A DNA stretch of 64,000 nucleotides from Eledone cirrhosa. Its lineage: Eukaryota. The notes beneath the pieces were generated by a model. It saw nothing but the letters and a program-made list of their open reading frames with translations, did no database searches and was not told the origin of the DNA. Positions within the stretch are counted from its first letter, which is position 1. Each line of letters starts with the position of its first letter. Below are positions 12,001 to 24,000 of this stretch, in pieces. The stretch lies in contig OZ024741.1 of assembly GCA_964016885.1 (NCBI GenBank), positions 183,520,001-183,584,000 on the forward strand. Reading direction: 5' to 3'. The position numbers and the translations under genes are program-made.

Positions 12001-15000
12001 ATGGTGGTGTTGTTGGTGTTGATGGTGGTGTTGTTGGTGTTGATGGTGGTGTTGTTGGTGTTGATGGTGGTGTTGTTGGTGTTGATGGTGGTGTTATTAG
12101 TGTTGATGGTGGTGTTGTTGGTGTTGATGGTGGCGTTGTTGGTGTTGATGGTGGTGTTGTTGATGCTGGTGTTGTTGGTGTTGATGGTGCCGTTGTTGGT
12201 GTTGATGGTGGTGTTGTTGGTGTTGATGGTGGTGTTGTTGGTATTGATGGTGGCTCTGGTGTTGATGGTGGTGTTGTTCGTGTTGATGGTGGCGTTGTTT
12301 GTGTTGATGGTGGTGTTGTTGGTGTTGATGGTGGTGTTGTTGGTATTGATGGTGGCGTTGTTGGTGTTGTTGGTGGTGTTGTTGGTGTTGATGGTGGTGT
12401 TGTTGGTGTTGATGGTGGCGTTGTTGGTATTGATGGTGGCGTTGTTGGTGTTGATGGTGGCGTTGTTTGTGTTGTTGGTGGTGTTATTGGTGTTGATGGT
12501 GGTGTTGTTGGTGTTGATGGTGGTGTTGTTGGTGTTGATGGTGGTGTTGTTGGTATTGATGGTGGCTGTGGTGTTGATGGTGGCGTTGTTGGTGTTGATG
12601 GTGGTGTTTTTGGTGTTGATGGTGGTGTTGTTGGTGTTGATGGTCGCGTTGTTGGTGTTGAAGGTGGTGTTGTTGGTGTTGATGGTGGTGTCGTTGTTGT
12701 TGATGGTGGTGTTGTTGGTGTTGATGGTGGTGTTGTTGGTGTTGATGGTGGTGTTGTTGATGTTGATGGTGGTGTTGTTGGTGTTGATGGTGGTGTTGTT
12801 GGTGTTGATGGTGGTGTTGTTGGTGTTGATGGTGGTGTTATTAGTGTTGATTGTGGTGTTGTTGGTGTTGATGGTGGCGTTGTTGGTGTTGATGGTGGTG
12901 TTGTTGGTGTTGATGCTGGCGTTGTTGGTGTTGATGGTGGTGTTGTTGGTGTTGATGGTGGTGTTATTAGTGTTGATGGTGGTGTTGTTGGTGTTGATGG
13001 TGGCGTTGTTGGTGTTGATGGTGGTGTTGTTGGTGTTGATGTTGGTGTTGTTGGTGTTGATGGTGGTGTTGTTGGTGTTGATGGTGGCGTTATTGGTGTT
13101 GATGGTGGCGTTGTTGGTCTTGATGGTGGTGTTGTTGGTGTTGATGGTGGCGTTGTTGGTGTTGATGGTGGCGTTGTTGGTGTTGATGGTGTTGATGGTG
13201 GCGTTGTTGGTGTTGATGGAGGTGTTGTTGGTGTTGATGGTGGTGTTGTCGGTGTTGATGGTGGCGTTGTCGGTGTTGATGGTGGTGTTGTTGGTGTTGA
13301 TGGTGGTGTTGTTGGTGTTGATGGTGGCGTTATTGGTGTTGATGGTGGCGTTGTTGGTGTTGATGGTGGTGTTGTTGGTGTTGATGGTGCTGTTGTTGGT
13401 GTTGATGGTGGTGTTGTTGGTGTTGATGGTGGCGTTGTTGGTGTTGATGGTGGTGTTGTTGGTGTTGATGGTGGTGTTGTTGGTGTTGATGGTGGTGTTG
13501 TTGGTGTCGATGGTGGTGTTGTTGGTGTTGATGGTGGTGTTGTTGGTGTTGATGAAGGTGTTGTTGGTGTTGATGTTGGTGTTGTTGGTGTTGATGGTGG
13601 TGTTGTTGGTGTTGATGGTGGCGTTATTGGTGTTGATGGTGGCGTTGTTGGTGTTGATGGTCGTGTTGTTGGTGTTGATGGTGCTGTTGTTGGTGTTGAT
13701 GGTGGTGTTGTTTGTGTTGATGGTGGTGTTGTTTGTGTTGATGGTGGCGTTGTTGCTGTTGATGGTGGTGTTGTCGGTGTTGATGGTGGTGTTGTTGGTG
13801 TTGATGGTGGTGTTGTTGGTGTCGATGGTGGTGTTGTTGGTGTTGATGGTGGTGTTGTTGGTGTTGATGGTGGTGTTGTTGGTGTTGATGGTGGTGTTGT
13901 TGGTGTTGATGAAGGTGTTGTTGGTGTTGATGTTGGTGTTGTTGGTGTTGATGGTGGTGTTGTTGGTGTTGATGGTGGCGTTGTTGGTGTTGATGGTGGT
14001 GTTGTTGGTGTTGATGGTGGTGTTGTTGGTGTTGATGGTGGCGTTGTTGGTGTTGATGGTGGTGTTGTTAGTGTTGATGGTGGCGTTGTTGGTGTTGATG
14101 GTGGTGTTGTTGGTGTTGATGGTGGCGTTGTTGGTGTTGATGGTGGCGTTGTTGGTGTTGATGGTGGTGTTGTTGATGCTGGTGTTGTTGGTGTTGATGG
14201 TGCCGTTGTTGGTGTTGATGGTGGTGTTGTTGGTGTTGATGGTGGTGTTGATGGTATTGATGGTGGCTCTGGTGTTGATGGTGGCGTTGTTGGTGTTGAT
14301 GGTGGTGTTGTTTGTGTTGATGGTGGTGTTGTTGGTGTTGATGGTGGTGTTGTTGGTATTGATGGTGGCGTTGTTGGTGTTGTTGGTGGTGTTGTTGGTG
14401 TTGATGGTGGTGTTGTTGGTGTTGATGGTGGTGTTGTTGGTGTTGATGGTGGTGTTGTTGGTGTTGATGGTGGTGTTGTTGGTATTGATGGTGGCTCTGG
14501 TGTTGATGGTGGCGTTGTTGGTGTTGATGGTGGTATTGTTGGTGTTGATGGTGGTGTTGTTGGTGTTGATGGTCGCGTTGTTGGTGTTGAAGGTGGTGTT
14601 GTTGGTGTTGATGGTGGTGTTGTTGGTGTTGATGGTGGTGTTGTTGGTGTTGATGGTGGTGTTGTTGATGTTGATGGTGGTGTTGTTGGTGTTGATGGTG
14701 GTGTTGTTGGTGTTGATGGTGGTGTTGTTGGTGTTGATGGTGGCGTTGTTGGTGTTGATGGTGGTGTTGTTAGTGTTGATGGTGGCGTTGTTGGTGTTGA
14801 TGGTGGTGTTGTTGGTGTTGATGGTGGCGTTGTTGGTGTTGATGGTGGCGTTGTTGGTGTTGATGGTGGTGTTGTTGATGCTGGTGTTGTTGGTGTTGAT
14901 GGTGCCGTTGTTGGTGTTGATGGTGGTGTTGTTGGTGTTGATGGTGGTGTTGTTGGTATTGATGGTGGCTCTGGTGTTGATGGTGGCGTTGTTGGTGTTG

Positions 15001-18000
15001 ATGGTGGTGTTGTTTGTGTTGATGGTGGTGTTGTTGGTGTTGATGGTGGTGTTATTAGTGTTGATGGTGGTGTTGTTGGTGTTGATGGTGGCGTTGTTGG
15101 TGTTGATGGTGGTGTTGTTGGTGTTGATGCTGGCGTTGTTGGTGTTGATGGTGGTGTTGTTGGTGTTGATGGTGGTGTTATTAGTGTTGATGGTGGTGTT
15201 GTTGGTGTTGATGGTGGCGTTGTTGGTGTTGATGGTGGTGTTGTTGGTGTTGATGTTGGTGTTGTTGGTGTTGATGGTGGTGTTGTTGGTGTTGATGGTG
15301 GCGTTGTTGGTGTTGATGGTGGCGTTGTTGGTGTTGATGCTGGTGTTGTTGGTGTTGATGCTGGTGTTGTTGGTGTTGATGGTGGTGTTGTTGGTGTTGA
15401 TGGTGGTGTTGTTGGTGTTGATGGTGGTGTCGTTGTTGTTGATGGTGGTGTTGTTGGTGTTGATGGTGGTGTTGTTGGTGTTGATGGTGGTGTTGTTGGT
15501 GTTGATGGTGGCGTTGTTGGTGTTGATGGTGGTGTTGTTGGTGTTGATGGTGGTGTTGTTGGTGTTGATGGTGGTGTTGTTGGTGTTGATGGTGGTGTTG
15601 TTGGTGTTGATGGTGGTGTTATTAGTGTTGATGGTGGTGTTGTTGGTGTTGATGGTGGTGTTATTAGTGTTGATGGTGGTGTTGTTGGTGTTGATGGTGG
15701 CGTTGTTGGTGTTGATGGTGGTGTTGTTGATGCTGGTGTTGTTGGTGTTGATGGTGCCGTTGTTGGTGTTGATGGTGGTGTTGTTGGTGTTGATGGTGGT
15801 GTTGTTGGTATTGATGGTGGCTCTGGTGTTGATGGTGGTGTTGTTCGTGTTGATGGTGGCGTTGTTTGTGTTGATGGTGGTGTTGTTGGTGTTGATGGTG
15901 GTGTTGTTGGTATTGATGGTGGCGTTGTTGGTGTTGTTGGTGGTGTTGTTGGTGTTGATGGTGGTGTTGTTGGTGTTGATGGTGGCGTTGTTGGTATTGA
16001 TGGTGGCGTTGTTGGTGTTGATGGTGGCGTTGTTTGTGTTGTTGGTGGTGTTATTGGTGTTGATGGTGGTGTTGTTGGTGTTGATGGTGGTGTTGTTGGT
16101 GTTGATGGTGGTGTTGTTGGTATTGATGGTGGCTGTGGTGTTGATGGTGGCGTTGTTGGTGTTGATGGTGGTGTTTTTGGTGTTGATGGTGGTGTTGTTG
16201 GTGTTGATGGTCGCGTTGTTGGTGTTGAAGGTGGTGTTGTTGGTGTTGATGGTGGTGTCGTTGTTGTTGATGGTGGTGTTGTTGGTGTTGATGGTGGTGT
16301 TGTTGGTGTTGATGGTGGTGTTGTTGATGTTGATGGTGGTGTTGTTGGTGTTGATGGTGCTGTTGTTGGTGTTGATGGTGGTGTTGTTGGTGTGGATGGT
16401 GGTGTTATTAGTGTTGATGGTGGTGTTGTTGGTGTTGATGGTGGCGTTGTTGGTGTTGATGGTGGTGTTGTTGGTGTTGATGCTGGCGTTGTTGGTGTTG
16501 ATGGTGGTGTTGTTGGTGTTGATGGTGGTGTTATTAGTGTTGATGGTGGTGTTGTTGGTGTTGATGGTGGCGTTGTTGGTGTTGATGGTGGTGTTGTTGG
16601 TGTTGATGTTGGTGTTGTTGGTGTTGATGGTGGCGTTATTGGTGTTGATGGTGGCGTTGTTGGTCTTGATGGTGGTGTTGTTGGTGTTGATGGTGGCGTT
16701 GTTGGTGTTGATGGTGGCGTTGTTGGTGTTGATGGTGTTGATGGTGGCGTTGTTGGTGTTGATGGAGGTGTTGTTGGTGTTGATGGTGGTGTTGTCGGTG
16801 TTGATGGTGGCGTTGTCGGTGTTGATGGTGGTGTTGTTGGTGTTGATGGTGGTGTTGTTGGTGTTGATGGTGGCGTTATTGGTGTTGATGGTGGCGTTGT
16901 TGGTGTTGATGGTGGTGTTGTTGGTGTTGATGGTGCTGTTGTTGGTGTTGATGGTGGTGTTGTTGGTGTTGATGGTGGCGTTGTTGGTGTTGATGGTGGT
17001 GTTGTTGGTGTTGATGGTGGTGTTGTTGGTGTTGATGGTGGTGTTGTTGGTGTCGATGGTGGTGTTGTTGGTGTTGATGGTGGTGTTGTTGGTGTTGATG
17101 GTGGTGTTGTTGGTGTTGATGGTGGTGTTGTTGGTGTTGATGAAGGTGTTGTTGGTGTTGATGTTGGTGTTGTTGGTGTTGAAGGTGGTGTTGTTGGTGT
17201 TGATGGTGGCGTTGTTGGTGTTGATGGTGGCGTTGTTGGTGTTGATGGTGGTGTTGTTGGTGTTGATGGTGGCGTTGTTGGTGTTGATGGTGGTGTTGTT
17301 GGTGTTGATGGTGGTGTTGTTGGTGTTGATGGTGGCGTTGTTGGTGTTGATGGTGGTGTTGTTGGTGTTGATGGTGGCGTTGTTGGTGTTGATGGTGGCT
17401 CTGGTGTTGATGCTGGTGTTGTTGGTGTTGATGGTGGCGTTGTTTGTGTTGATGGTGGTGTTGTTGGTGTTGATGGTGGTGTTGTTGGTATTGATGGTGG
17501 CGTTGTTGGTGTTGTTGGTGGTGTTGTTGGTGTTGATGGTGGTGTTGTTGGTGTTGATGGTGGTGTTGTTGGTGTTGATGGTGGCGTTGTTTGTGTTGTT
17601 GGTGGTGTTGTTGGTGTTGATGGTGGTGTTGCTGGTGTTGATGGTGGTGTTGTTTGTGTTGATGGTGGTGTTGTTGGTGTTGATGGTGGCGTTGTTGGTG
17701 TTGATGGTGGTGTTGTTGGTGTTGATGGTGGTGTTGTTGGTGTTGATGGTGGTGTTGTTGGTGTTGATGGTCGCGTTGTTGGTGTTGAAGGTGGTGTTGT
17801 TGGTGTTGATGGTGGTGTCGTTGTTGTTGATGGTGGTGTTGTTGGTGTTAATGGTGGTGTTGTTGGTGTTGATGGTGGTGTTGTTGGTGTTGATGCTGGT
17901 GTTGTCGGTGTTGATGGTGGTGTTGTTGGTGTTGATGGTGGCGTTGTTGGTGTTGATGGTGGCGTTGTTGGTGTTGATGGTGGTGTTGTTGGTGTTGATG

Positions 18001-21000
18001 GTGGTGTTGTTGGTGTTGATGGTGGTGTTGTTGGTATTGATGGTGGTGTTGTTGGTGTTGATGGTGGTGTTGTTGGTGTTGATGCTGGTGTTGTCGGTGT
18101 TGATGGTGGTGTTGTTGGTGTTGATGGTGGTGTTGTTGGTGTTGATGTTGGTGTTGGTGTTGATGGTGGTGTTGTTGATGTTGATGGTGGCGTTGTTTGT
18201 GTTGATGGTGGTGTTGTTGGTGTTGATGGTGGTGTTGTTGGTGTTGATGCTGGTGTTGTCGGTGTTGATGGTGGTGTTGTTGGTGTTGATGGTGGTGTTG
18301 TTGGTGTTGATGGTGGCGTTGTTGGTGTTGATGGTGGTGTTGTTGGTGTTGATGGTGGCGTTGTTTGTGTTGATGGTGGTGTTGTTGGTGTTGATGGTGG
18401 TGTTGTTGGTATTGATGGTGGTGTTGTTGGTATTGATGGTGGTGTTGTTGGTGTTGATGGTGTTGTTGTTGGTGTTGATGGTGGTATCGTTGGTGTAGAT
18501 GGTGCTGTCGTTGTTGTTGATGGTGGCGTTGTTGGTGTTGATGGTGGCGTTGTTGGTGTTGATGGTGGTGTTGTTGGTGTTGATGGTGGTGTTGTTGGTG
18601 TTGATGGTGGCGTTGTTGGTATTGATGGTGGCCTTTGTTGGTGTTGATGGTGGTGTTGTTGGTGTTGATGGTGGTGTTGTTGGTGTTGATGGTGGCGTTG
18701 TTGGTGTTGATGGTGGCGTTGTTGGTGTTGATGGTGGTGTTGTTGGTGTTTAAGGTGGTGCTGTTGGTGTTGATGGTGGTGTTGTTGGTGTTGATGGTGG
18801 TGTTGTTGGTGTTGATGGTGGTGTTGTTGGTGTTGATGGTGGTGTTGTTGGTGTTGATGGTGGCGTTGTTGGTGTTGATGGTGGTGTTGTTGGTGTTGAT
18901 GGTGGTGTTGTTGGTGTTGATGGTGGCGTTGTTGGTGTTGATGGTGGTGTTGTTGGTGTTGATGGTGGCGTTATTGGTGTTGATGGTGGTGTTGTTGGTG
19001 TTGATGGTGGCGTTGTTGGTGTTGATGGTGGTGTTGTTGGTGTTGATGGTGGTGTTATTGGTGTTGATGGTGGTGTTGTTGGTGTTGATGGTGGCGTTAT
19101 TGGTGTTGATGGTGGTGTTGTTGGTGTTGATGGTGGTGTTGTTGGTGTTGATGGTGGCGTTATTGGTGTTGATGGTGGCGTTGTTGGTGTTGATGGTGGT
19201 GTTGTTGGTGTTGATGGTGGCGTTGTTGGTGTTGATGGTGGCGTTGTTGGTGTTGATGGTGTGGATGGTGGCGTTGTTGGTGTTGATGGAGGTGTTGTTG
19301 GTGTTGATGGTGGTGTTGTCGGTGTTGATGGTGGCGTTGTCGGTGTTGATGGTGGTGTTGTTGGTGTTGATGGTGGTGTTGTTGGTGTTGATGGTGGCGT
19401 TATTGGTGTTGATGGTGGCGTTGTTGGTGTTGATGGTGGTGTTGTTGGTGTTGATGGTGCTGTTGTTGGTGTTGATGGTGGTGTTGTTGGTGTTGATCGT
19501 GGCGTTGTTGGTGTTGATGGTGGTGTTGTTGGTGTTGATGGTGGTGTTGTTGGTGTTGATGGTGGTGTTGTTGGTGTCGATGGTGGTGTTGTTGGTGTTG
19601 ATGGTGGTGTTGTTGGTGTTGATGGTGGTGTTGTTGGTGTTGATGGTGGTGTTGTTGGTGTTGATGAAGGTGTTGTTGGTGTTGATGTTGGTGTTGTTGG
19701 TGTTGAAGGTGGTGTTGTTGGTGTTGATGGTGGTGTTGTTGGTGTTGATGGTGGCGTTGTTGGTGTTGATGGTGGTGTTGTTGGTGTTGATGGTGGCGTT
19801 GTTGGTGTTGATGGTGGTGTTGTTGGTGTTGATGGTGGTGTTGTTGGTGTTGATGGTGGCGTTGTTGGTGTTGATGGTGGTGTTGTTGGTGTTGATGGTG
19901 GCGTTGTTGGTGTTGATGGTGGCTCTGGTGTTGATGGTGGTGTTGTTGGTGTTGATGGTGGCGTTGTTTGTGTTGATGGTGGTGTTGTTGGTGTTGATGG
20001 TGGTGTTGTTGGTATTGATGGTGGCGTTGTTGGTGTTGTTGGTGGTGTTGTTGGTGTTGATGGTGGTGTTGTTGGTGTTGATGGTGGTGTTGTTGGTGTT
20101 GATGGTGGCGTTGTTTGTGTTGTTGGTGGTGTTGTTGGTGTTGATGGTGGTGTTGCTGGTGTTGATGGTGGTGTTGTTTGTGTTGATGGTGGTGTTGTTG
20201 GTGTTGATGGTGGCGTTGTTGGTGTTGATGGTGGTGTTGTTGGTGTTGATGGTGGTGTTGTTGGTGTTGATGGTGGTGTTGTTGGTGTTGATGGTCGCGT
20301 TGTTGGTGTTGAAGGTGGTGTTGTTGGTGTTGATGGTGGTGTCGTTGTTGTTGATGGTGGTGTTGTTGGTGTTAATGGTGGTGTTGTTGGTGTTGATGGT
20401 GGTGTTGTTGGTGTTGATGGTGGTGTTGTTGATGTTAATGGTGGTGTTGTTGGTGTTGATGGTGGTGTTGTTGGTGTTGATGGTGGTGTTGTTGATGTTG
20501 ATGGTGGTGTTGTTGGTGTTGATGGTGGTGTTGTTGGTGTTGATGGTGGTGTTGTTCGTGTTGATGGTGGTGTTATTAGTGTTGATGGTGATGATGTTGG
20601 TGTTGATGGTGGCGTTGTTGGTGTTGATGGAGTTGTTATTGGTGTTGATGGTGGTGTTGTTGGTGTTGATGGTGGCGTTATTGGTGTTGATGGTGGTGTT
20701 GTTGGTGTTGATGGTGGCGTTGTTGGTGTTGATGGTGGTGTTGTTGGTGTTGATGGTGGTGTTGTTGGTGTTGATGGTGGCGTTGTTGGTGTTGATGGTG
20801 GTGTTGTTGGTGTTGATGAAGGTGTTGTTGGTGTTGATGGTGGTATTGTCGGTGTTGATGGTGGCGTTGTCGGTGTTGATGGTGGTGTTGTTGGTGTTGA
20901 TGGTGGTGTTGTTGGTGTTGATGGTGGCGTTGTTGGTGTTGATGGTGGCGTTATTTGTGTTGATGGTGGCGTTGTTGGTGTTGATGGTGGTGTTGTTGGT

Positions 21001-24000
21001 GTTGATGGTGGCGTTGTTGGTGTTGATGGTGGTGTTGTTGGTGTCGATGGTGGTGTTGTTGGTGTTGATGGTGGTGTTGTTGGTGTTGATGGTGGTGTTG
21101 TTGGTGTTGATGGTGGTGTTGTTGGTGTTGATGAAGGTGTTGTTGGTGTTGATGTTGGTGTTGTTGGTGTTGATGGTGGTGTTGTTGGTGTTGATGGTGG
21201 CGTTGTTGGTGTTGATGGTGGTGTTGTTGGTGTTGATGGTGGTGTTGTTGGTGTTGATGGTGGCGTTGTTGGTGTTGATGGTGGTGTTGTTAGTGTTGAT
21301 GGTGGCGTTGTTGGTGTTGATGGTGGTGTTGTTGGTGTTGATGGTGGCGTTGTTGGTGTTGATGGTGGCGTTGTTGGTGTTGATGGTGGTGTTGTTGATG
21401 CTGGTGTTGTTGGTGTTGATGGTGCCGTTGTTGGTGTTGATGGTGGTGTTGTTGGTGTTGATGGTGGTGTTGTTGGTATTGATGGTGGCTCTGGTGTTGA
21501 TGGTGGTGTTGTTCGTGTTGATGGTGGCGTTGTTTGTGTTGATGGTGGTGTTGTTGGTGTTGATGGTGGTGTTGTTGGTATTGATGGTGGCGTTGTTGGT
21601 GTTGTTGGTGGTGTTGTTGGTGTTGATGGTGGTGTTGTTGGTGTTGATGGTGGTGTTGTTTGTGTTGATGGTGGCGTTGTTTGTGTTGTTGGTGGTGTTA
21701 TTGGTGTTGATGGTGGTGTTGTTGGTGTTGATGGTGGTGTTGTTGGTGTTGATAGTGGTGTTGTTGGTATTGATGGTGGCTCTGGTGTTGATGGTGGCGT
21801 TGTTGGTGTTGATGGTGGTGTTGTTGGTGTTGATGGTGGTGTTGTTGGTGTTGATGGTCGCGTTGTTGGTGTTGAAGGTGGTGTTGTTGGTGTTGATGGT
21901 GGTGTCGTTGTTGTTGATGGTGGTGTTGTTGGTATTGATGGTGGTGTTGTTGGTGTTGATGGTGGTGTTGTTGATGTTGATGGTGGTGTTGTTGGTGTTG
22001 ATGGTGGTGTTGTTGGTGTTGATGGTGGTGTTGTTGGTGTTGATGGTGGTGTTATTAGTGTTGATGGTGGTGTTGTTGGTGTTGATGGTGGCGTTGTTGG
22101 TGTTGATGGTGGTGTTGTTGGTGTTGATGCTGGCGTTGTTGGTGTTGATGGTGGTGTTGTTGGTGTTGATGGTGGTGTTATTAGTGTTGATGGTGGTGTT
22201 GTTGGTGTTGATGGTGGCGTTGTTGGTGTTGATGGTGGTGTTGTTGGTGTTGATGTTGGTGTTGTTGGTGTTGATGGTGGTGTTGTTGGTGTTGATGGTG
22301 GCGTTATTGGTGTTGATGGTGGCGTTGTTGGTGTTGATGGTGGTGTTGTTGGTGTTGACGGTGGTGTTGTTGGTGTTGATGGTGCTGTTGTTGGTGTTGA
22401 TGGTGGTGTTGTTGGTGTTGATGGTGGCGTTGTTGGTGTTGATGGTGTTGATGGTGGCGTTGTTGGTGTTGATGGAGGTGTTGTTGGTGTTGATGGTGGT
22501 GTTGTCGGTGTTGATGGTGGCGTTGTCGGTGTTGATGGTGGTGTTGTTGGTGTTGATGGTGGTGTTGTTGGTGTTGATGGTGGCGTTATTGGTGTTGATG
22601 GTGGCGTTGTTGGTGTTGATGGTGGTGTTGTTGGTGTTGATGGTGCTGTTGTTGGTGTTGATGGTGGTGTTGTTGGTGTTGATGGTGGCGTTGTTGGTGT
22701 TGATGGTGGTGTTGTTGGTGTTGATGGTGGTGTTGTTGGTGTTGATGGTGGTGTTGTTGGTGTCGATGGTGGTGTTGTTGGTGTTGATGGTGGTGTTGTT
22801 GGTGTTGATGGTGGTGTTGTTGGTGTTGATGGTGGTGTTGTTGGTGTTGATGAAGGTGTTGTTGGTGTTGATGTTGGTGTTGTTGGTGTTGAAGGTGGTG
22901 TTGTTGGTGTTGATGGTGGCGTTGTTGGTGTTGATGGTGGCGTTGTTGGTGTTGATGGTGGTGTTGTTGGTGTTGATGGTGGCGTTGTTGGTGTTGATGG
23001 TGGTGTTGTTGGTGTTGATGGTGGTGTTGTTGGTGTTGATGGTGGCGTTGTTGGTGTTGATGGTGGTGTTGTTGGTGTTGATGGTGGCGTTGTTGGTGTT
23101 GATGGTGGCTCTGGTGTTGATGCTGGTGTTGTTGGTGTTGATGGTGGCGTTGTTTGTGTTGATGGTGGTGTTGTTGGTGTTGATGGTGGTGTTGTTGGTA
23201 TTGATGGTGGCGTTGTTGGTGTTGTTGGTGGTGTTGTTGGTGTTGATGGTGGTGTTGTTGGTGTTGATGGTGGTGTTGTTGGTATTGATGGTGGCTCTGG
23301 TGTTGATGGTGGTGTTGTTCGTGTTGATGGTGGCGTTGTTTGTGTTGATGGTGGTGTTGTTGGTGTTGATGGTGGTGTTGTTGGTATTGATGGTGGCGTT
23401 GTTGGTGTTGTTGGTGGTGTTGTTGGTGTTGATGGTGGTGTTGTTGGTGTTGATGGTGGTGTTGTTTGTGTTGATGGTGGCGTTGTTTGTGTTGTTGGTG
23501 GTGTTATTGGTGTTGATGGTGGTGTTGTTGGTGTTGATGGTGGTGTTGTTGGTGTTGATGGTGGTGTTGTTGGTATTGATGGTGGCTCTGGTGTTGATGG
23601 TGGCGTTGTTGGTGTTGATGGTGGTGTTGTTGGTGTTGATGGTGGTGTTGTTGGTGTTGATGGTCGCGTTGTTGGTGTTGAAGGTGGTGTTGTTGGTGTT
23701 GATGGTGGTGTCGTTGTTGTTGATGGTGGTGTTGTTGGTATTGATGGTGGTGTTGTTGGTGTTGATGGTGGTGTTGTTGATGTTGATGGTGGTGTTGTTG
23801 GTGTTGATGGTGGTGTTGTTGGTGTTGATGGTGGTGTTGTTGGTGTTGATGGTGGTGTTATTAGTGTTGATGGTGGTGTTGTTGGTGTTGATGGTGGCGT
23901 TGTTGGTGTTGATGGTGGTGTTGTTGGTGTTGATGCTGGCGTTGTTGGTGTTGATGGTGGTGTTGTTGGTGTTGATGGTGGTGTTATTAGTGTTGATGGT

